Assembly (NCBI RefSeq): GCF_964194155.1
Contig: NC_135885.1
Location: 27,218,001-27,282,000, forward strand
Source: Cetorhinus maximus
Taxonomy: Eukaryota
Direction: 5' to 3'
Length of the DNA: 64,000 bases
A program made the position numbers and the translations under genes. The number at the start of each line of letters is the position of its first letter. The first letter of the stretch is position 1. Under the pieces are notes generated by a model that did no database searches, was not told where the DNA came from, and was given only the letters and a program-made list of their open reading frames with translations. Positions 25,661-38,159 of this stretch are shown piece by piece.

Positions 25661-26487
25661 TGTTATGACCGGGATGGGGGACGTGCACTGTCTGTCTCTA
25701 GTTCCATTGCTCCATGGATTACAACATGTAGTTAAGTGAGTTTTCCAGCTAGCTATATGGCCAACTATGTCCTTTACCTATGAATCTCAGAATGACCCAG
25801 GTTTCTTCAATAACGCACAAAATTATTAGTTTACGATAAAACCAGACTTGTCAAGTAGAAAGGCAAAGCTTATTAACATACAGTATGAAATATTAATGTA
25901 ACTATTCTTTCTAAGTACCCTAACACACACACACACACACACGTAATGGTGGAGTCCTTGAAATGATTTTCAGGTATACAGTTGGTCTCTCAGCACTGGT
26001 CTGCGAAACAATTGATGACTCTTGCACTACTTTTCAGGCAGACTTCGAGGAAAACTTGCTGTCAGTTGACTTCAGAACGTAGAGTGTCTTTGTAGCAACT
26101 TCCATTCACTTTTTGCTTTGCACTAGGTCAGGAGCTTCAGGAGCTGCTGTCTGCTTTACCCAAGCAGTTGATCCTTCTTGTTTCCCCCAAAGCAAAGCCC
26201 GACCAGCTTTTAAACACAGTTTTCCAAAGCATTTATTTTTTTCCAAAGCCATAAACCACCGTGTGACCCTTTTGTAAACAGTCCACCTGGGTCAAGAGGT
26301 TTCCAACTTCTTTAAAATTGCTCAATTACCTTTTCTTGTAAAATGCTGCTTTTTCCAGGAACAGCAGCAACCAGAGTCCTTGCATTAACCCTTTAAGGGG
26401 CAGTCTCTTTCAAAAAACACAATTTCTTCCAGAATGTTCTTAGTCCTTGAAGATGAACCATTTTTCGTGATTAAAGTGTTTATGACA
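25661..26487. mobile_element. Solo LTR, probably Gypsy-type
   Basis: TGTTATGA...TTATGACA termini (TG/CA, short inverted repeat) with exact 4-bp TAAT flanks; 827 bp; contains (CA)n at ~25923-25942. Confidence 0.7.
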
Positions 26488-26551
26488 TAATCATTTGAAA
26501 CAGTAAAGTGCAATACAACAATTAGCCTTTTATCCCCACAATAAAAACACA

Positions 26552-26665
26552 GGCCGGGATTTTCCAGCCCTGTGGTGGTGGGACCCTCTGTGGCAGATTC
26601 GGTGGCCCCGCCAAAGGCCCATTGGCTTTCGGCAGGCCAGACGATCCCAGCAGAAAATACCGCCC
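26552..26665 (+). mobile_element. Short Harbinger-type MITE, family B
   Basis: GGCCGGGATTTTCC...GAAAATACCGCCC; similar to 27338 and 27724 copies. Confidence 0.75.
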
Positions 26666-27337
26666 TCAGATTTTACTTCCTTGACTGAATGTTTTCAGCC
26701 GTTGTTCATGTTAATGCGTTCTAGCTGGAGAAGGCTGTGAGCCGCAACTAAAATGAAATGAGCCACAAGTTGCAAAGCCCTGAGCTAGGCACATGGTTAT
26801 AGTTTTGTTCTGCTTGTGGCTGGGTTAAATCAGGCGAGAGAAACATAATTTTACATGAGTATTGTATTATTTAACCAAGGCAGACTTCAAGCTGGTGTAC
26901 AGGTATATAAAGTATACATGAAATGTTGACCTTTATCTCAAGGGGTTGGATGTCAAAAGTGAGGGATTTATGAAGTGATGTTTCAGTTGTATGGAGTCTT
27001 GGTGAGACCCACATCTGAGGTATTGTTCAGTTTTACATTCAGCAAACCTCAGGAAATATATATTGGCCTTGAAGAAAATATTTGCATTTATATAAGCCTT
27101 TCAAGCACTTTCTAGCTAATGAAGTAAGTGAAGTCACTGCTGTAATATAGGAAACACAGCAGCCAATTTGCACTCAGCAAACTCTCACAAACAGCTATGT
27201 GACAATGACTAGCTAATCTGGTTTTGTGATGCTCATTGAGGAATAAATATTGGCCAGGACACAACAGATCAGTGTCAGTCATGGCTCAGTTGATAGCACT
27301 CTCACCTCTGAGTCTCCAGGTTTAAATCCCACTCCAG

Positions 27338-27464
27338 GGCTGGGATTTTCCAGCCCCACCGTGGCGGGTTCCCCCGCAGTGGATGTGGCGAACCAGCCAA
27401 AAGTCCATTGACTTCGGCGGGACCGGAAGATACCACCGGCAGGTGGGGTTGGAAAATCCCGGCT
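27338..27464 (+). mobile_element. Short Harbinger-type MITE, family B
   Basis: GGCTGGGATTTTCC / GGAAAATCCCGGCT, TSD CAG/CAG. Confidence 0.85.
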
Positions 27465-27723
27465 CAGGGCCTAAGCACAAAAATCAAGGCTGACATTCCA
27501 GCACAGTACTGAGGGAGTGCTACGCTGTTGGAGGCGCTGCCTTTGGGATGAGTTTTTAAACTGACACTCTGCCTGCTTGGGGATGGATATTAAAGGTCTC
27601 ATAGCACTATTTTGAAGAAGAGCAGGTTACCCCTGGTGTCCTGGCCAATATTTATCCCACATTATCACACTGCTGTTTGTTGGAGTTTGCTGTGCACAAA
27701 TTGAGTACTACGTTTCCTACAGT

Positions 27724-27852
27724 GGCCGGGATTTTCCGGCCCTATCGCGGGCGGAACCTGCCATGGGCGAGGCGGCGCCCTAGCCACAAGTCCATTGACT
27801 TGCAGCGGGACCGGAAGATCCCAGCAATGGGTGGGTGCGGAAAATCCCGCCC
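27724..27852 (+). mobile_element. Short Harbinger-type MITE, family B
   Basis: GGCCGGGATTTTCCG / CGGAAAATCCCGCCC, flanks AGT/AGC. Confidence 0.85.
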
Positions 27853-28570
27853 AGCGACTACACTTCAAAAAGTACCTCATTGGCTTTGAAAAATCAGATG
27901 ATCGTGACAAGCGTGTTATAAATGCAAGCTTTTCTTATCAACTCCCCTGCGCTTCTTCAAAATAGTGCCATGGGATCTTTTATATCCACCTGAGAAGACA
28001 GTTTAAAAGTCTCAGCCGAAAGCCAGCACCACCCGACAGTGTAGCACTCCCTCAGTACTGCACTGGGGCATCAGCCTGGATTTTTGTGCTCCAGTCTTGA
28101 AGTGGTACTTGAACCCACAACCTTCTGACTCAGAGGCAAGTGTGCTATCAACCATGACTGACACCTAAAAGGGGCACAGCACAGATTAATTAGAATGATG
28201 ACAGGGTTTAAAAATTTCTATTATGAGAACCAGTTGCATAAACTTGGCTTGTATTCGCTTGAGTTTAGACAGCTGATGAGAGATCTAATCGAGGTATTCA
28301 AAATGATTTAGGGATTTGTTAGGGTAGATACAGAGAAACCATTTCCTGCGGTGGGGGAATCTATAATAAGGGGGCGTAATCTCGAAATGAGATCTATGCC
28401 ATTTTGGAGTGAAATCTTGAGATATTTTTTCAAATATAGGGCAGTGGAAATCTGGAACATGCTCACCCAAAATGCTGCGGACGCTTGGTGAACTGAAATT
28501 TTCAAGCGGTGTTTGTTGCTTGAGTGAAATTTGAAAAAAATGAACAACGAGTTTGCTTCTTGTAACTGAC

Positions 28571-28755
28571 CTGTGCTACAGTTTGCCAGTTGGAAGCATC
28601 ATCTTCACTAGGGTGGATGCCATAGTTCCATCTTCGCTGCACCACATAGATAACTGGTTCAACTGAAATGTTGAACTTTGATGACCATTTGATCTCCAGG
28701 TTTCCAGTTTGTAGCTCTGTAAAACTTAGCTCCTTTCTGGGTTTCAGTGGGACAC
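28571..28755 (-). CDS. anos1: Anosmin exon 5 equivalent, FnIII repeat 1 (N-terminal part)
   Basis: Acceptor CCCTCTGATGCAG, donor CAG|GTCAGT, 185 nt; [61 protein letters not shown]. Confidence 0.97.
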
Positions 28756-28854
28756 CTGCATCAGAGGGTACAAAAGGAGGTCGTCAGTAGAGCAGTTAAA
28801 GAACACATGTAGTGATGCAGAAAATATTCAGGTTCAAACAAAGAGAAAGGCATA

Positions 28855-29914
28855 GGCCTGGATTTTCACTGAGTCAGGTGGCTCAGGAAGCTTTTAAAAA
28901 TGGCAGGTGGGTCCCGATTTCCAGAATTCTCAACCCCATTCCAGAGTGCGGGCTGGTTCCTGTCAAAAACCTGCATCAGACATTCCCGACCTGGCTGACT
29001 GCATTGCAGAGATGGGCATGTCCTACTCCTCAATTTTCATGGAGTCGGGCTAGGTTTTTAAAGAGTCCTGGTTCTTGCCTCCTCAGAGGAGTCCTGAACC
29101 CTGGTCTGTAAACAAACATTGTGAAGTTGACAGCAGAGATCAGAGAGCCTGAGCTGTCGATCAAACAACGTTTTCCCTGTGGCGCAGCTGTTTCAACAAG
29201 CTTAATGAAAGTCTGGGCACTCAGCCAAGCCTCATTATGTATGCTTGGCCGAGAGCCCATGCAACCTTTAGAATACTAAAGCACCTGCACCCCAGACAAA
29301 ACATAACTTCAGGTGGTTTCAAGGGTTTGTGGTTTTTGTTACTGATACCTTAGGGGGTCTGGCTGATTGACACTTTTATTTGCTTGTAGTGAAATTACAT
29401 TTTTTTTGACCTTGGGGAAAGTTATAAATGAATTACTTTTTTTCAAAGTTTTTTCAACACTCCCTACTGTCCCGACAGGGTTCATTGGTTCTAGACATAG
29501 TGCATAGTAGGTCAATGGGCATGGAAGTACCATGGCTTGGCCTGGGGCATGAGGGGCCATGGGGTGGGGGGGTCGGTGTGTGGAAGGGCAGAACTTGGCA
29601 AAAGGGGCCATGGGGGGGGTTGGGTGGAAGGGCAGAGCTTGGCATAAGGGGCATGAGGGGGTATGGATAGTGCATGGGGTGTGTTTGGAGGGTGAGGGAG
29701 TAAGGGCTGGAGGGCCTCTATATTTTTATTTTAACTGGGCCAAAATCCCATAGCACTGAGGCAGGCCTTTTAAACAGCTCGTCTCCGTGCCCAGCGGGTA
29801 CTCCAAGTGGTGGCCTCCAAGCTTCCTCCCAGGCCGACCTGACTCCAACCCGCCGGGTGCAGCCAGGAAATTTCCCAACTTCCGCTATCCACCTCGAGGA
29901 TGAAAATCCAGGCC
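28855..29914. mobile_element. Non-autonomous Harbinger element (1060 bp)
   Basis: Perfect 14-bp TIR GGCCTGGATTTTCA, TSD ATA/ATA. Confidence 0.88.
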
Positions 29915-31546
29915 ATAAACATATCAAAGATTTCATATAAAATTAAAAGAAACAGGGTAAAAATGAAAAGGCATGCAGAGGTGCTGTGATCTCCATTTTT
30001 TTCGCTTTGTAACTGAGCTTCTCATGTGCCTTTCCTCAGGAGTGGCACTACTCAAGAACCAGGTGTTGTATTAACTACGAGTTAAAACATTTGCCCTTTT
30101 TTTTTAAACACACCTGCACAAATTCACAACTATACCCGAAGAAACTCAAGACCATTAGGGTGCGCAGTGAAAACAACTGAGTAGTCAATTGAAAAATATA
30201 TATAATGCTGTCGTACTACCGTAGTTAATCAGCACAGCAACATGCATTTATATAGCGCCTTTAAAATAACAAATATGCTGAGGCATATTGTACACATCCA
30301 ACCAGTAGAAGAATTGACCAACAGCATGTTTGAAGAGATCAGTATTGAGGAGACTGGTAAAAGGCTTTGGTCTCAATGGTAGATCTGGAAGAAGTGTACA
30401 TAGGACTCACAGTCAGAAAAGTCTCATCACCATACTCCGTATGATCACCACCTGAAGATCATACCTGCCCAGAGACAAATGGATCAGGAAGCAGAAGGTA
30501 ATTTCCTTCTCACAGCTATGAAAAAGAACAAGGATGGTGACTGAGGGAGGACTGGATGTTGCTGAGCAAAGGCATAGCATTGATATAGGCCCCAGTGAGT
30601 TACTTCATGCTTCAAGATTCTCGGTTAACTGTAAAATGAAGGATATGTCAGAACCACATTAGTTCCTTGACTCCTTGAGAACAGTACTGTTGGGTGAAAC
30701 AATGCTCTTTCATACAGTAACAGTTGCGCTTTTGTTATCACCTTTTTCCTTTTCCTCAAACTACACCTTGGGCTCCTCTTCTTCTTGCTGAGCATAGCTT
30801 GTCACTGTTCATCTTCCAGGAATATGGATATACTTCTTCCAATTATTATGTTGTACAGCAATGTGATTGTTCTAATGTTCTCTGGGAGTACTTGAGTGCA
30901 CTAACTGTCTTCTGAATGACGCCCCTGTCATCTTAAATGTGCTTGTTGTAAGCAATTTGTTGGAACTGGTGGAAAATTGCACAGCAATGCCATAATTCTC
31001 AACTGAAGTGAATAACCTTAAACCTCGGAGGAGTTAACAATCCTGGAATAATTTCGAAGGAAATAAGTGGGCAACTCAAAATGGCCTTAAAATATGCGTG
31101 TTGTGGTCACCCTCTGTAACTCACCATTAATGACTTTGGGATGGTCACATACCATTAACTGATGATTTCCATGAAAAGTTGCACAAGCACAGAGATGTAA
31201 GGTCACAAGGTTGCAGTTAATCATGTATGTACCGTCAGAACCACATCATTAGAATCTCCTGTTGCTGCTGAATGATTTTAATGTATTCACCAATCTATTA
31301 TTCATAGCTGTGTTGATATTATTCTGTGGTTGTGGGTATGGTTGCAAGGGATACAACAGCCCACTCATGGCTTCCCCACTCATGGCTTCCCTGCTCTGCT
31401 TTGGTTTCTTCACACGTTGCTCCTTGAATGATGTCTCTAACTGGAGGATGATAGCTCAAAGGGTATTGATATAACGGATACAAAAACAGAAACAGAAATA
31501 CCTGGAAAAACTCAGCAGGTCTGGCAGCATCGGCAGAGAGGAGCAC

Positions 31547-31585
31547 AGTTGACGTTTCGAGTCCTCATGACCCTTCAACAGAACT
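31547..31585 (-). ncRNA. Minimal hammerhead ribozyme-like motif (PLE type), variant core
   Basis: AGTT-CTGTTGA-AGGGTC-ATGAG-GACTC-GAAA-CGTC-AACT. Confidence 0.6.
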
Positions 31586-32376
31586 AAGTAAAAATAGGAA
31601 AGGGGTGAAATATAAGCTGGCTTAAGAGGTGGGGGGGAGTTGGGACAAGCAGCCAGTAATATGTGGAGATAACCAAAAGCTGTCACAGACAAAAGAACAA
31701 AGAGGTGTTGAAGGTGGTGATATTATCTAAAGGAATGTGCTAATTAAGAGTAGAAGACAGGACAGATAAGGTACAGATAGCTCTAGTGGGGGTGGGGGAA
31801 TACTAAAAGGCAGAAATAAACAATGGGTTGAAATACATTTAAAAATAATGGAAATAGGTGGGAAAAGAAAAATCTATATAAATTATTGGAAAAAACAAAT
31901 AGGAGTGGAAATAAATGGGAAGGGGGTGGGGATGGAGGAGAGAGTTCAAGATCTAAAATTGTTGAACTCAATATTCAGTCCGGAAGGCTGTAAAGATCTA
32001 GTTTTAGATCTTGAACTCTCTCCTCCATCTCCACCCCCTTCCCATTTCTTCCCCCTCCTTTTTGTTTTTTCCAATAATTTATATAGATTTTTCTTTTCCC
32101 ACCTATTTCCATTATTTTTAAATGTATTTCAACCCATTGTTTATTTCTACCTTTTAGTATTCCCCCACCCCCACTAGAGCTATCTGTACCTTATCTATCC
32201 TGTCTTCTACCCTTAATTAGCACATTCCTTTAGATAATATCACCACCTTCAACACCTCTTTGTTCTTTTGTCTGTGACAGCTTTTGGTTATCTCCACATA
32301 TTACTGGCTGCTTGTCCCAACAACCACCGCACCCCCTTAAACCAGCTTATATTTCACCCCTTTCCTATTTTTACTT

Positions 32377-32415
32377 AGTTCTGTTGAAGGGTCATGAGGA
32401 CTCGAAACGTCAACT
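32377..32415 (+). ncRNA. Minimal hammerhead ribozyme-like motif (PLE type), variant core
   Basis: AGTT-CTGTTGA-AGGGTC-ATGAG-GACTC-GAAA-CGTC-AACT. Confidence 0.6.
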
Positions 32416-32996
32416 GTGCTCTCCTCTGCCGATGCTGCCAGACCGGCTGAGTTTTTCCAGATATTTCTGTTTCTGTTTTTGTTTTGGATTTCCAGCATCC
32501 GCAGTTTTTTTGCTTTTATTTTGATATAACCGATGGTAACTGAATTCTGTTGGGGTCTCCTCCAAATTTCCTACCTATTGGTTGCTACTCGTCCTCATTT
32601 CCTTCTCCAATATATCCAATAAAGTGGCACTTATTAGAGCATTTCTAATGCTGTGTGGCCTGAAACAGTGAGTTACCTTTAAACCTACTCTGCCCCTCTG
32701 CCACTGACTCTTCCCAATGCCTCAACACCTTACAGTGGAAACCATTAACAAGATTTGGCCTGAAAGGCAAGTATGGTGATATTTGCGGGTCTGCCTTCAA
32801 CTGATACTTAATAAGCTCCCAACAAGGCAAAGAAACAATGATCCCAGAGTCTGTGCACTGAATTGTGTTAATCTGGTTTGGTTTTAGGAGGAATTTTTGG
32901 AAGTGTCAGCAACAATGCACAAACATGAATCTGTATTTAAGCTAAACATTACTTTTAACACCGAATAAGCTCACTCCATTTGTCACAGTAAGATCA

Positions 32997-33520
32997 GGCA
33001 GACATTAGTGTAGTGGTAATGTTACTGGACTGTATCCAGAAGCCCAGGCTATTGCTCCAGAGATTTACTACTCTCATTAATAATGATCATGAAACTACCA
33101 GATTGTTATAAAGACCATTCTGATGAAAAGCCACAAAGCTGAAACATTAGCTCCATTTCACTCTCCACAGGAGCTGCCAGAGCAGCTGAGTATTTCAGCA
33201 AGATTCAGCATCTTGTATTTTTCTTCTGTGCATTTTGCTTTTGTTTTGTGTATTTTGTTTTTGTGTTGTGTCATTTTGACCTTAAAACCCATCCGGTTCA
33301 CTAATGTCCTTCAGGGACGAAATCTACATGTCCTTACCCAGTCTGGCCTACATGTGACTACTGAGGGCTACAGCGATATGGTTGACACTTAACTGTCCCC
33401 TGAAATGGCCCTAGAAAGCCACTCAGCTGTAGGCAGCTCACCACTCCCTGCTTGGGAGCAATTAGGGACGGACAATAAATGCTGGTGTTGCCAACCGCAC
33501 TCACCTCCCCTAAAGCAAAT
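32997..33520 (+). mobile_element. tRNA-derived SINE with an inserted PLE 3' fragment (~33118-33280)
   Basis: Head GTGTAGTGGTAATGTTACTGGACT; GGTTCACTAATGTCCTTCAGGGA core; LINE-derived tail; insert begins CTGATGA...GAAA. Confidence 0.75.
33120..33152 (+). ncRNA. Minimal hammerhead ribozyme-like motif
   Basis: CTGATGA-AAAGC-CACAAA-GCT-GAAA-CATT-AGCT followed by PLE 3' UTR-like sequence. Confidence 0.5.
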
Positions 33521-34273
33521 CAAAGATGTAAGTTGCACCCTTATAGAGAATATAAAGCTGTGCATGAAGGTGTAACTTGTACACTACTATAAGAACCTTG
33601 AAAGAATATAATAGTACAATATTTCTCCAGAGTAAGTATCAAACATATGAGTAGCTAAGTGTGGGGTTAATAATTCACAGAAGGAGATATGGTTTTATAT
33701 TCTGATTCATCATAGTTTACTTTTATTATTTGTGACAGACGTTAGCATTCAGTTCACTTACAATTATAAACAGTACTTCAAGCAACCTAACTGCCTGAAG
33801 GTGATTTTTATCATGTTAGCCTTCCTGTCAACCTGAATCATAGCCTTCAAATTTAATTGCAACGTGCAATGAAACTGCAATTTACATGTGAAAGTACAGT
33901 GCTTCTGTTTTTTTAAAATTAGAATTTGGTTAGTTCTTTCACTGAAGGTAATATAACATCTCTCCTGTATTTAACTGTGGCCAGGTGTTCTTTGGAATCA
34001 CAAGGAGCACAATATCATTGCCTATCTCATTGACTCTGTAAACTGCAATCTGCAACTTTGGACCGAAAAATTCAACTGAGATTATTTGTTACACTATAAT
34101 TAAATTTAAATCAGTGTAAATCCCCAGTTGAGCCAGTGGTTAATGGCACCATCCAGTGTAATGCCAAGCCACACCGACCAGACAGCCAAAAATCTCATCC
34201 CAGTATAGAGTTAGTTGATTCCAACTGGCTTAGACAGAATTGAATGGGATACTGCAGTCTTCACAGTGGCTGT

Positions 34274-35306
34274 GGTGACTGGGAGGAGCTACTTCTGAAG
34301 AAAATGGAAGGGACACAGGGAAGGTCTTCAGCCCCATAGAGTTGTGAAAGTCTCCTGCAGGAATTGCCAGCTATTTCCTCACCAAGAATAATATAAGCTC
34401 CTAGGCGGAATACTACAATTGCCCTCAGTGCCCTAAGGACTACAAACAATAGTTAAAAAGGGAATGAAGAAGGGGAATATATGCTGGAACGGCAGGCATA
34501 GTCAACAAAGGTCCACTGGCGTCTCTTTCCATGAGCGAGACAATTGGTTACATTGCTTGAGGGGCACCACTCTGCATCAGATGTGGAGCAAGGAGGCAGG
34601 CCTTCATAAGCTACCAGAGCACAGATGCTTAATGAACATTTTCCCTCAGTTTGTATAGGCCTCAGGAGCAGGTTGAACAGCCACAAAAAGACAAATATTC
34701 AAAAGAAAATTGTATTAGAAGAACTAATGGGACTAACATTAGAAGACCCACCACCATATTGTACACATCTCAGAACAGTGAACAGGTGGTGGAAAGGAGA
34801 TCGTGGAGGCACTAACCATAATTTTCCAAAAACATTTGGAAATGGGAATCCTGGTATCCTAATGTCTTTCAGTCCCCTTCCATCTTCCCCGGGACAGGTT
34901 GGGAATCTTGTTGGCAACCAGCGTAGCAGGAAGGAAATTGTAGTATTTAAGGAGGCAATTGAGGGAAATTTGTATCTGTAATGGCTATTCACCAACAGCA
35001 GGTGGGCCACACACAGCATATGGAACACAGCAGCTTAAAGGAGGCAAGTACATAGCAGGAAGTCACTGAGGCCTGAAAATGACATGCATTTTGTACTATA
35101 AAGAAGCAAAGTGTGCAGGCCTGAGGTCAGGTATGGGCAGAGGCTTACAACGACAGGAACAGGTCACTGAGGCTAAGATTAATTATATAATTCTTCATAA
35201 GGAAATTGCTGGCAATTCCTGCAAGAGACTTTCCGAACTCCATGGGGCTGAAGACCTATCATGTATCCCTTCCATTTTCTTCAGAAGTAGCTCCTCCCAA
35301 TCACCA
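34274..35306. repeat. Inverted repeat, ~125-bp arms (34274-34396 and 35183-35306), ~790-bp spacer
   Basis: GGGAGGAGCTACTTCTGAAGAAAATGGAAGGGA versus TCCCTTCCATTTTCTTCAGAAGTAGCTCCTCCC; homology continues with mismatches. Confidence 0.85.
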
Positions 35307-35535
35307 AAGCACGAATCTCTGTACAGCCAATGTGAAGGCTGCTGGTGTCCCTTTAAATCCTGCACACTCAACCGCGGGTCCAGATTTGTCATCCTACCCA
35401 CCATCCATAATTGATGGTGATCCCAGAGGTAAGTTCCTAATTGGATGCCTTCCAGAAAGTTCAACTGGAAGGCCCACTACTCACTTGTCCACATTCCTGA
35501 CCTGGAAATCATCCCTCCATCCATGCTAAAACTAA

Positions 35536-36290
35536 GGGCGGAATTCTCCCATGCACCCTGCGGTGAGTTTAATGGTGGGCGGAGTGGGGGAAGGGGGGAA
35601 ACAATGTGGCGGGAGGTCCAAAAATCGGTTTCACAGCGGCATAAAATGACGGCAGGGTCTTCCGCCCCCGGCTGCCACGGCAGCTCACAATTCCTGGCAG
35701 AGGCCAGCATGAAACTGATTTGCATCCCACTGACGGGATGCAGACGAAGTCCCGGCCGGAATTGCCCACCCCTCCCCCCACCCCCCCACCCCACCCCCCC
35801 CCCCCCCCGCCTGATTGTCTGTGCCACCAGCGGGAAATCACGCCAGTCCAGAACACATCTGGGCCAACATGGCATAGACATATCAGCACTTACCTGAAGA
35901 AGGCCTGAGGCAGCCTCCAGAGTTCGGGGTGGAGGCCTCCAGCGACTGTTTACTCTCCGAGCTGCAGTAGTGAGCTTGGGGGAGCGTCTACCAAGTGAAT
36001 CTTCCAGCTTCAGTGTCTTCCAGGAGGACCATCTTCCAGCTTCAGCGTGTTCCTGGAGATCCATCTTCTTTCTTCACTGGTGGGTCATTGATGTCCGGAC
36101 GCCTTTTAAAAATGGTGACTGGATATGATGGCGGGGCGCCACGTGAAACGTTGAGAAAGCCCCCCGGCTGCATAATTAATGAGGTGAGGGTTGCGCGATA
36201 CAGAGCGACTTCCCGGTGGCCTCCACATCAGGAAAATCTCCCCACCCCCGCCTCCGCCACGGGACTTAATCACACGGGAGAATTCCACCC
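35536..36290. mobile_element. Harbinger-type MITE (755 bp)
   Basis: TIRs GGGCGGAATTCTCCC / GGGAGAATTCCACCC, canonical TAA TSD. Confidence 0.9.
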
Positions 36291-38159
36291 TAAGATTCTG
36301 CTCCATGAGTCCCAAACTTACAATGTGCATTGGTACAGCTGAAAGCATAAATTCTCAAAATTCCTGTCTGGGTCCCATAACATGGGCTGAAATTATTGAA
36401 TGCTAATATAGTACGCATGATTCTAAATTGGCAACCAACTCTACATTCTGCTCCGGCATCAACTTTAATAGTGCTGCGAAATATACCTTTTAGAGCCAAG
36501 TAGGGTTTTACATAATTCGTTGCGAGGTATTCTTTTATAGAGAGATAGGAGACACTTGGACCTGATTTTAACCCTGCGCAAGTTTTAGATGGATTTCAAA
36601 GATTGTCAGCAGAACCAGGTGGTATAGAGATAGTTAAAATGTTACGAGTTAGAATTGAAATGAGCTAGAGGCATAGAGGTTTGGTGCACCGACAGGGCAT
36701 TCATAATGGAAGCAGGTTTAATGACAAATTGATCAAGGCCTTGTAATACACACACTGAAGCACTCCCCTGTTTGTGATAAACGTCACGGAAATGTAAGTT
36801 GCAGTTGTCATTGATTCAGGACATCAAAGGGCTTGGGTTTAGTGCCGGCCTGATAAGCAGAAAAAAAGCAGCAGAGCCATTGCTAACAATAAGCACTGAA
36901 TTCACTGAAGATGGCCATTCAATAGTGTGGGAAGTTATAGAAATGATAGATTCAATTTTGTTTGACATATCGTTCAAACATTCTGCCGTTACCAAGGTGT
37001 ACTTAGCAACGTAAGAGATATTTTTAACTGCAGGAGAATCAGCCAACATGAATCTGTAAGAGTCAGATGAGGAAAGGCACTGATTTTAATGATATAAATG
37101 GTAAATGTCAAATCTTTTATTGCCTAATACTGCCCCATTTCATTTTTGGAAGTATTTTTACATCCTTGCCTTAGTTTATTTCCATGACGCATTCAACGTT
37201 TTGATTAAGAAGGGAACACTGTTTTGTTAGTGTCCTAATAAAAATGTTCCTGAAGATGCAGGGTAGCATCCCAATCCCATTTTAATCCCATCAGTGTAGT
37301 TTCAGACAAGGTGACTTAAAGTTCTCACAGGGGTACGAACATCTCCAGGATGCAATGTAACTCTATGCCATTGAAAATGTGATTTACTTCTTCAATTTCC
37401 ACAGCAATCAGCCTAGGACAATCCTAAATAACAAATAAAACAGAGACCCAAATAAAAATAACCTCCACTTTGACTTTCTGGGGTTTTATATAATACGCAT
37501 TAAAATCTTCACCATAGACAGAGATAGCATTAAGCAGAAAAAAAGTCTAATAATAGGTTCAGGTTTTGTTCTTTGAATTTTATAGATGACAACACTTTTA
37601 TAATTGTGCAGCTCCATCAGGCTCTTCATCACCCCCTTCATCACCCCTTCAAAAGTTGTGCAATAAAAACAGTGCAAAAGTAATCTCTCAAAATCATATC
37701 CAAAGAGAATTCTGACTGATATGTTATGAACATTTCATTATTCCATATGGAAATTTAGAGTGTTGCAAACTTGGAAAAAACTGAGATGCAGCAGTTTAAG
37801 GTTACCAGGTTGAAGTGTTGATGTATTATTGTACTATTTGAACCCTAATGGCAATAAGGAGTTTCAGGCACTACAAAAAGCAAATACTTGCAGAGCTGTG
37901 GGACCATACTTGTGGGCAGCATTATTTCGAAGCATTGCCATCAGTTTTGAATGTATTGGTAGGGTAGTTGTGGAGGTGGGTGGGGAGTGGTGAGAGGGGT
38001 ATTCTACATTTGGAAGCAGTTTTGCAAATAAAAGCAATGCAACACAGCTCACAAAAGTACTATGAGGCTAGACTTAAACGGATGCACTGTCTGCCTGCTC
38101 AGGTTTATGTTAAAAACCTCACGCACTTGTCAAAGTGGACAGGGAACAGTACCTGAGCC

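Larger units (their letters stand above)
27272..27930 (+). mobile_element. SacSINE1-like Deu-domain SINE containing two MITE insertions
   Basis: GTGTCAGTCATGGCTCAGTTGATAGCACT head; GCACTATTTTGAAGAAGAGCAGG, GTGTCCTGGCCAATATTTATCC; ends TTATAAATGCAAG. Confidence 0.82.
27080..28164 (-). mobile_element. SacSINE1-like Deu-domain SINE, split by a second copy (parts ~27080-27262 and ~27938-28164)
   Basis: Minus strand has tRNA-like head, Deu core AAAAGATCCCATGGCACTATTTTGAAGAAG, GTGTCCTGGCCAATATTTATT and tail TATATAAATGCAAA. Confidence 0.8.
26915..28505 (+). mobile_element. CR1 LINE fragment split by nested SINEs (CR1 parts ~26915-27075 and ~28168-28505)
   Basis: Degenerate CR1 ORF2 C-terminus continues across the insertion (GGATATATTGGCCTTG-like ... 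GGGGCACAGCACAGATT; GAGTTTAGA...GATCTAATCGAGGTATTCAAAAT). Confidence 0.75.
31480..32520. mobile_element. Palindromic Penelope-like (Neptune-type) 3'-end insertion
   Basis: Arms ~31480-31958 and 32002-~32480 are reverse complements and match the 3' end of the PLE at 55739-56942; TSD TTGATATAAC(G/C)GAT. Confidence 0.9.

Noticed and set aside
27272-27340. tRNA gene
   Set aside because: tRNA-derived SINE head; degenerate, with no complete cloverleaf
35477-36064. 195-aa ORF and overlapping GC-rich ORFs
   Set aside because: Chance ORFs inside a MITE with TAA TSD
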